Positions 42,477-42,512 of a stretch of DNA of 42,512 nucleotides are shown piece after piece. Below the pieces are notes generated by a model, which saw nothing but the letters and a program-made list of their open reading frames with translations, did not search any database and was not told the DNA's origin. Within the stretch, counting starts at the first letter, position 1, and each line of letters opens with the position of its first letter. The stretch is from contig MFMT01000023.1 in the NCBI GenBank assembly GCA_001783565.1, forward strand, positions 1-42,512. The letters run 5' to 3'. The position numbers were made by a program, and so were the translations under genes. The DNA comes from Candidatus Kaiserbacteria bacterium RIFOXYD1_FULL_42_15. GTDB taxonomy: Bacteria; Patescibacteriota; Minisyncoccia; Phycocordibacterales; UBA918.

Positions 42477-42512
42477 ATGCCTTTAGATATCCTCATTGAA
42501 GGACTGCTTTTT
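42477..42512 (+). CDS. scpB: segregation and condensation protein B, 5' end only (runs off the window)
   Basis: The hand translation MPLDILIEGLLF resembles the ScpB N-terminus (..IEALLF). TAAAAT lies 6 nt upstream, and this is the expected partner of scpA. Confidence 0.55.
   Translation, partial: MPLDILIEGLLF

Overview
The window is a compact 42.5-kb chromosomal segment, almost entirely transcribed on the + strand, from an AT-rich, small-genome bacterium. By inference it resembles a Candidate Phyla Radiation (Parcubacteria-like) organism. Supporting traits are an archaeal-type AspRS, an AlaRS without the C-Ala domain, DUF5671/DUF3467-type proteins, a sigma-r4/HARE-HTH protein, almost no Shine-Dalgarno motifs, and -10 boxes only 6-8 nt from several ATGs. 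The housekeeping backbone is ychF, leuS, mltG, mnmA, pepF, alaS, infA-rpmJ-rpsM-rpsK-rpsD-rpoA-rplQ-rplM-rpsI, grpE-dnaK-dnaJ, trpS, aspS and scpA/scpB. I found no tRNA, rRNA or CRISPR array, and TGA is used as a stop codon. Six things stand out. (1) A GC-rich inverted-repeat family (GTGGATTGC..CTCGCAAAGACG) fills six intergenic loci, about 3% of the window. (2) A RAYT/IS200-like HUH transposase is flanked by two 27-nt hairpins that are exact reverse complements, with a third hairpin copy 28 kb away. (3) LeuRS carries an insertion of about 140 aa with a near-canonical Nudix box. (4) A canonical T-box leader with terminator precedes the archaeal-type aspS. (5) scpA and scpB are split by about 955 bp. 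This gap holds a minus-strand unit with its own promoter and terminator: GC-rich, highly structured, and carrying two tiny SD-led ORFs. (6) An AdoMetDC-like gene and a deoxyhypusine-synthase-like gene are followed by membrane proteins, a SET-domain methyltransferase and an orphan histidine kinase. All family assignments come from reading motifs in the translated ORFs; no database search was possible.
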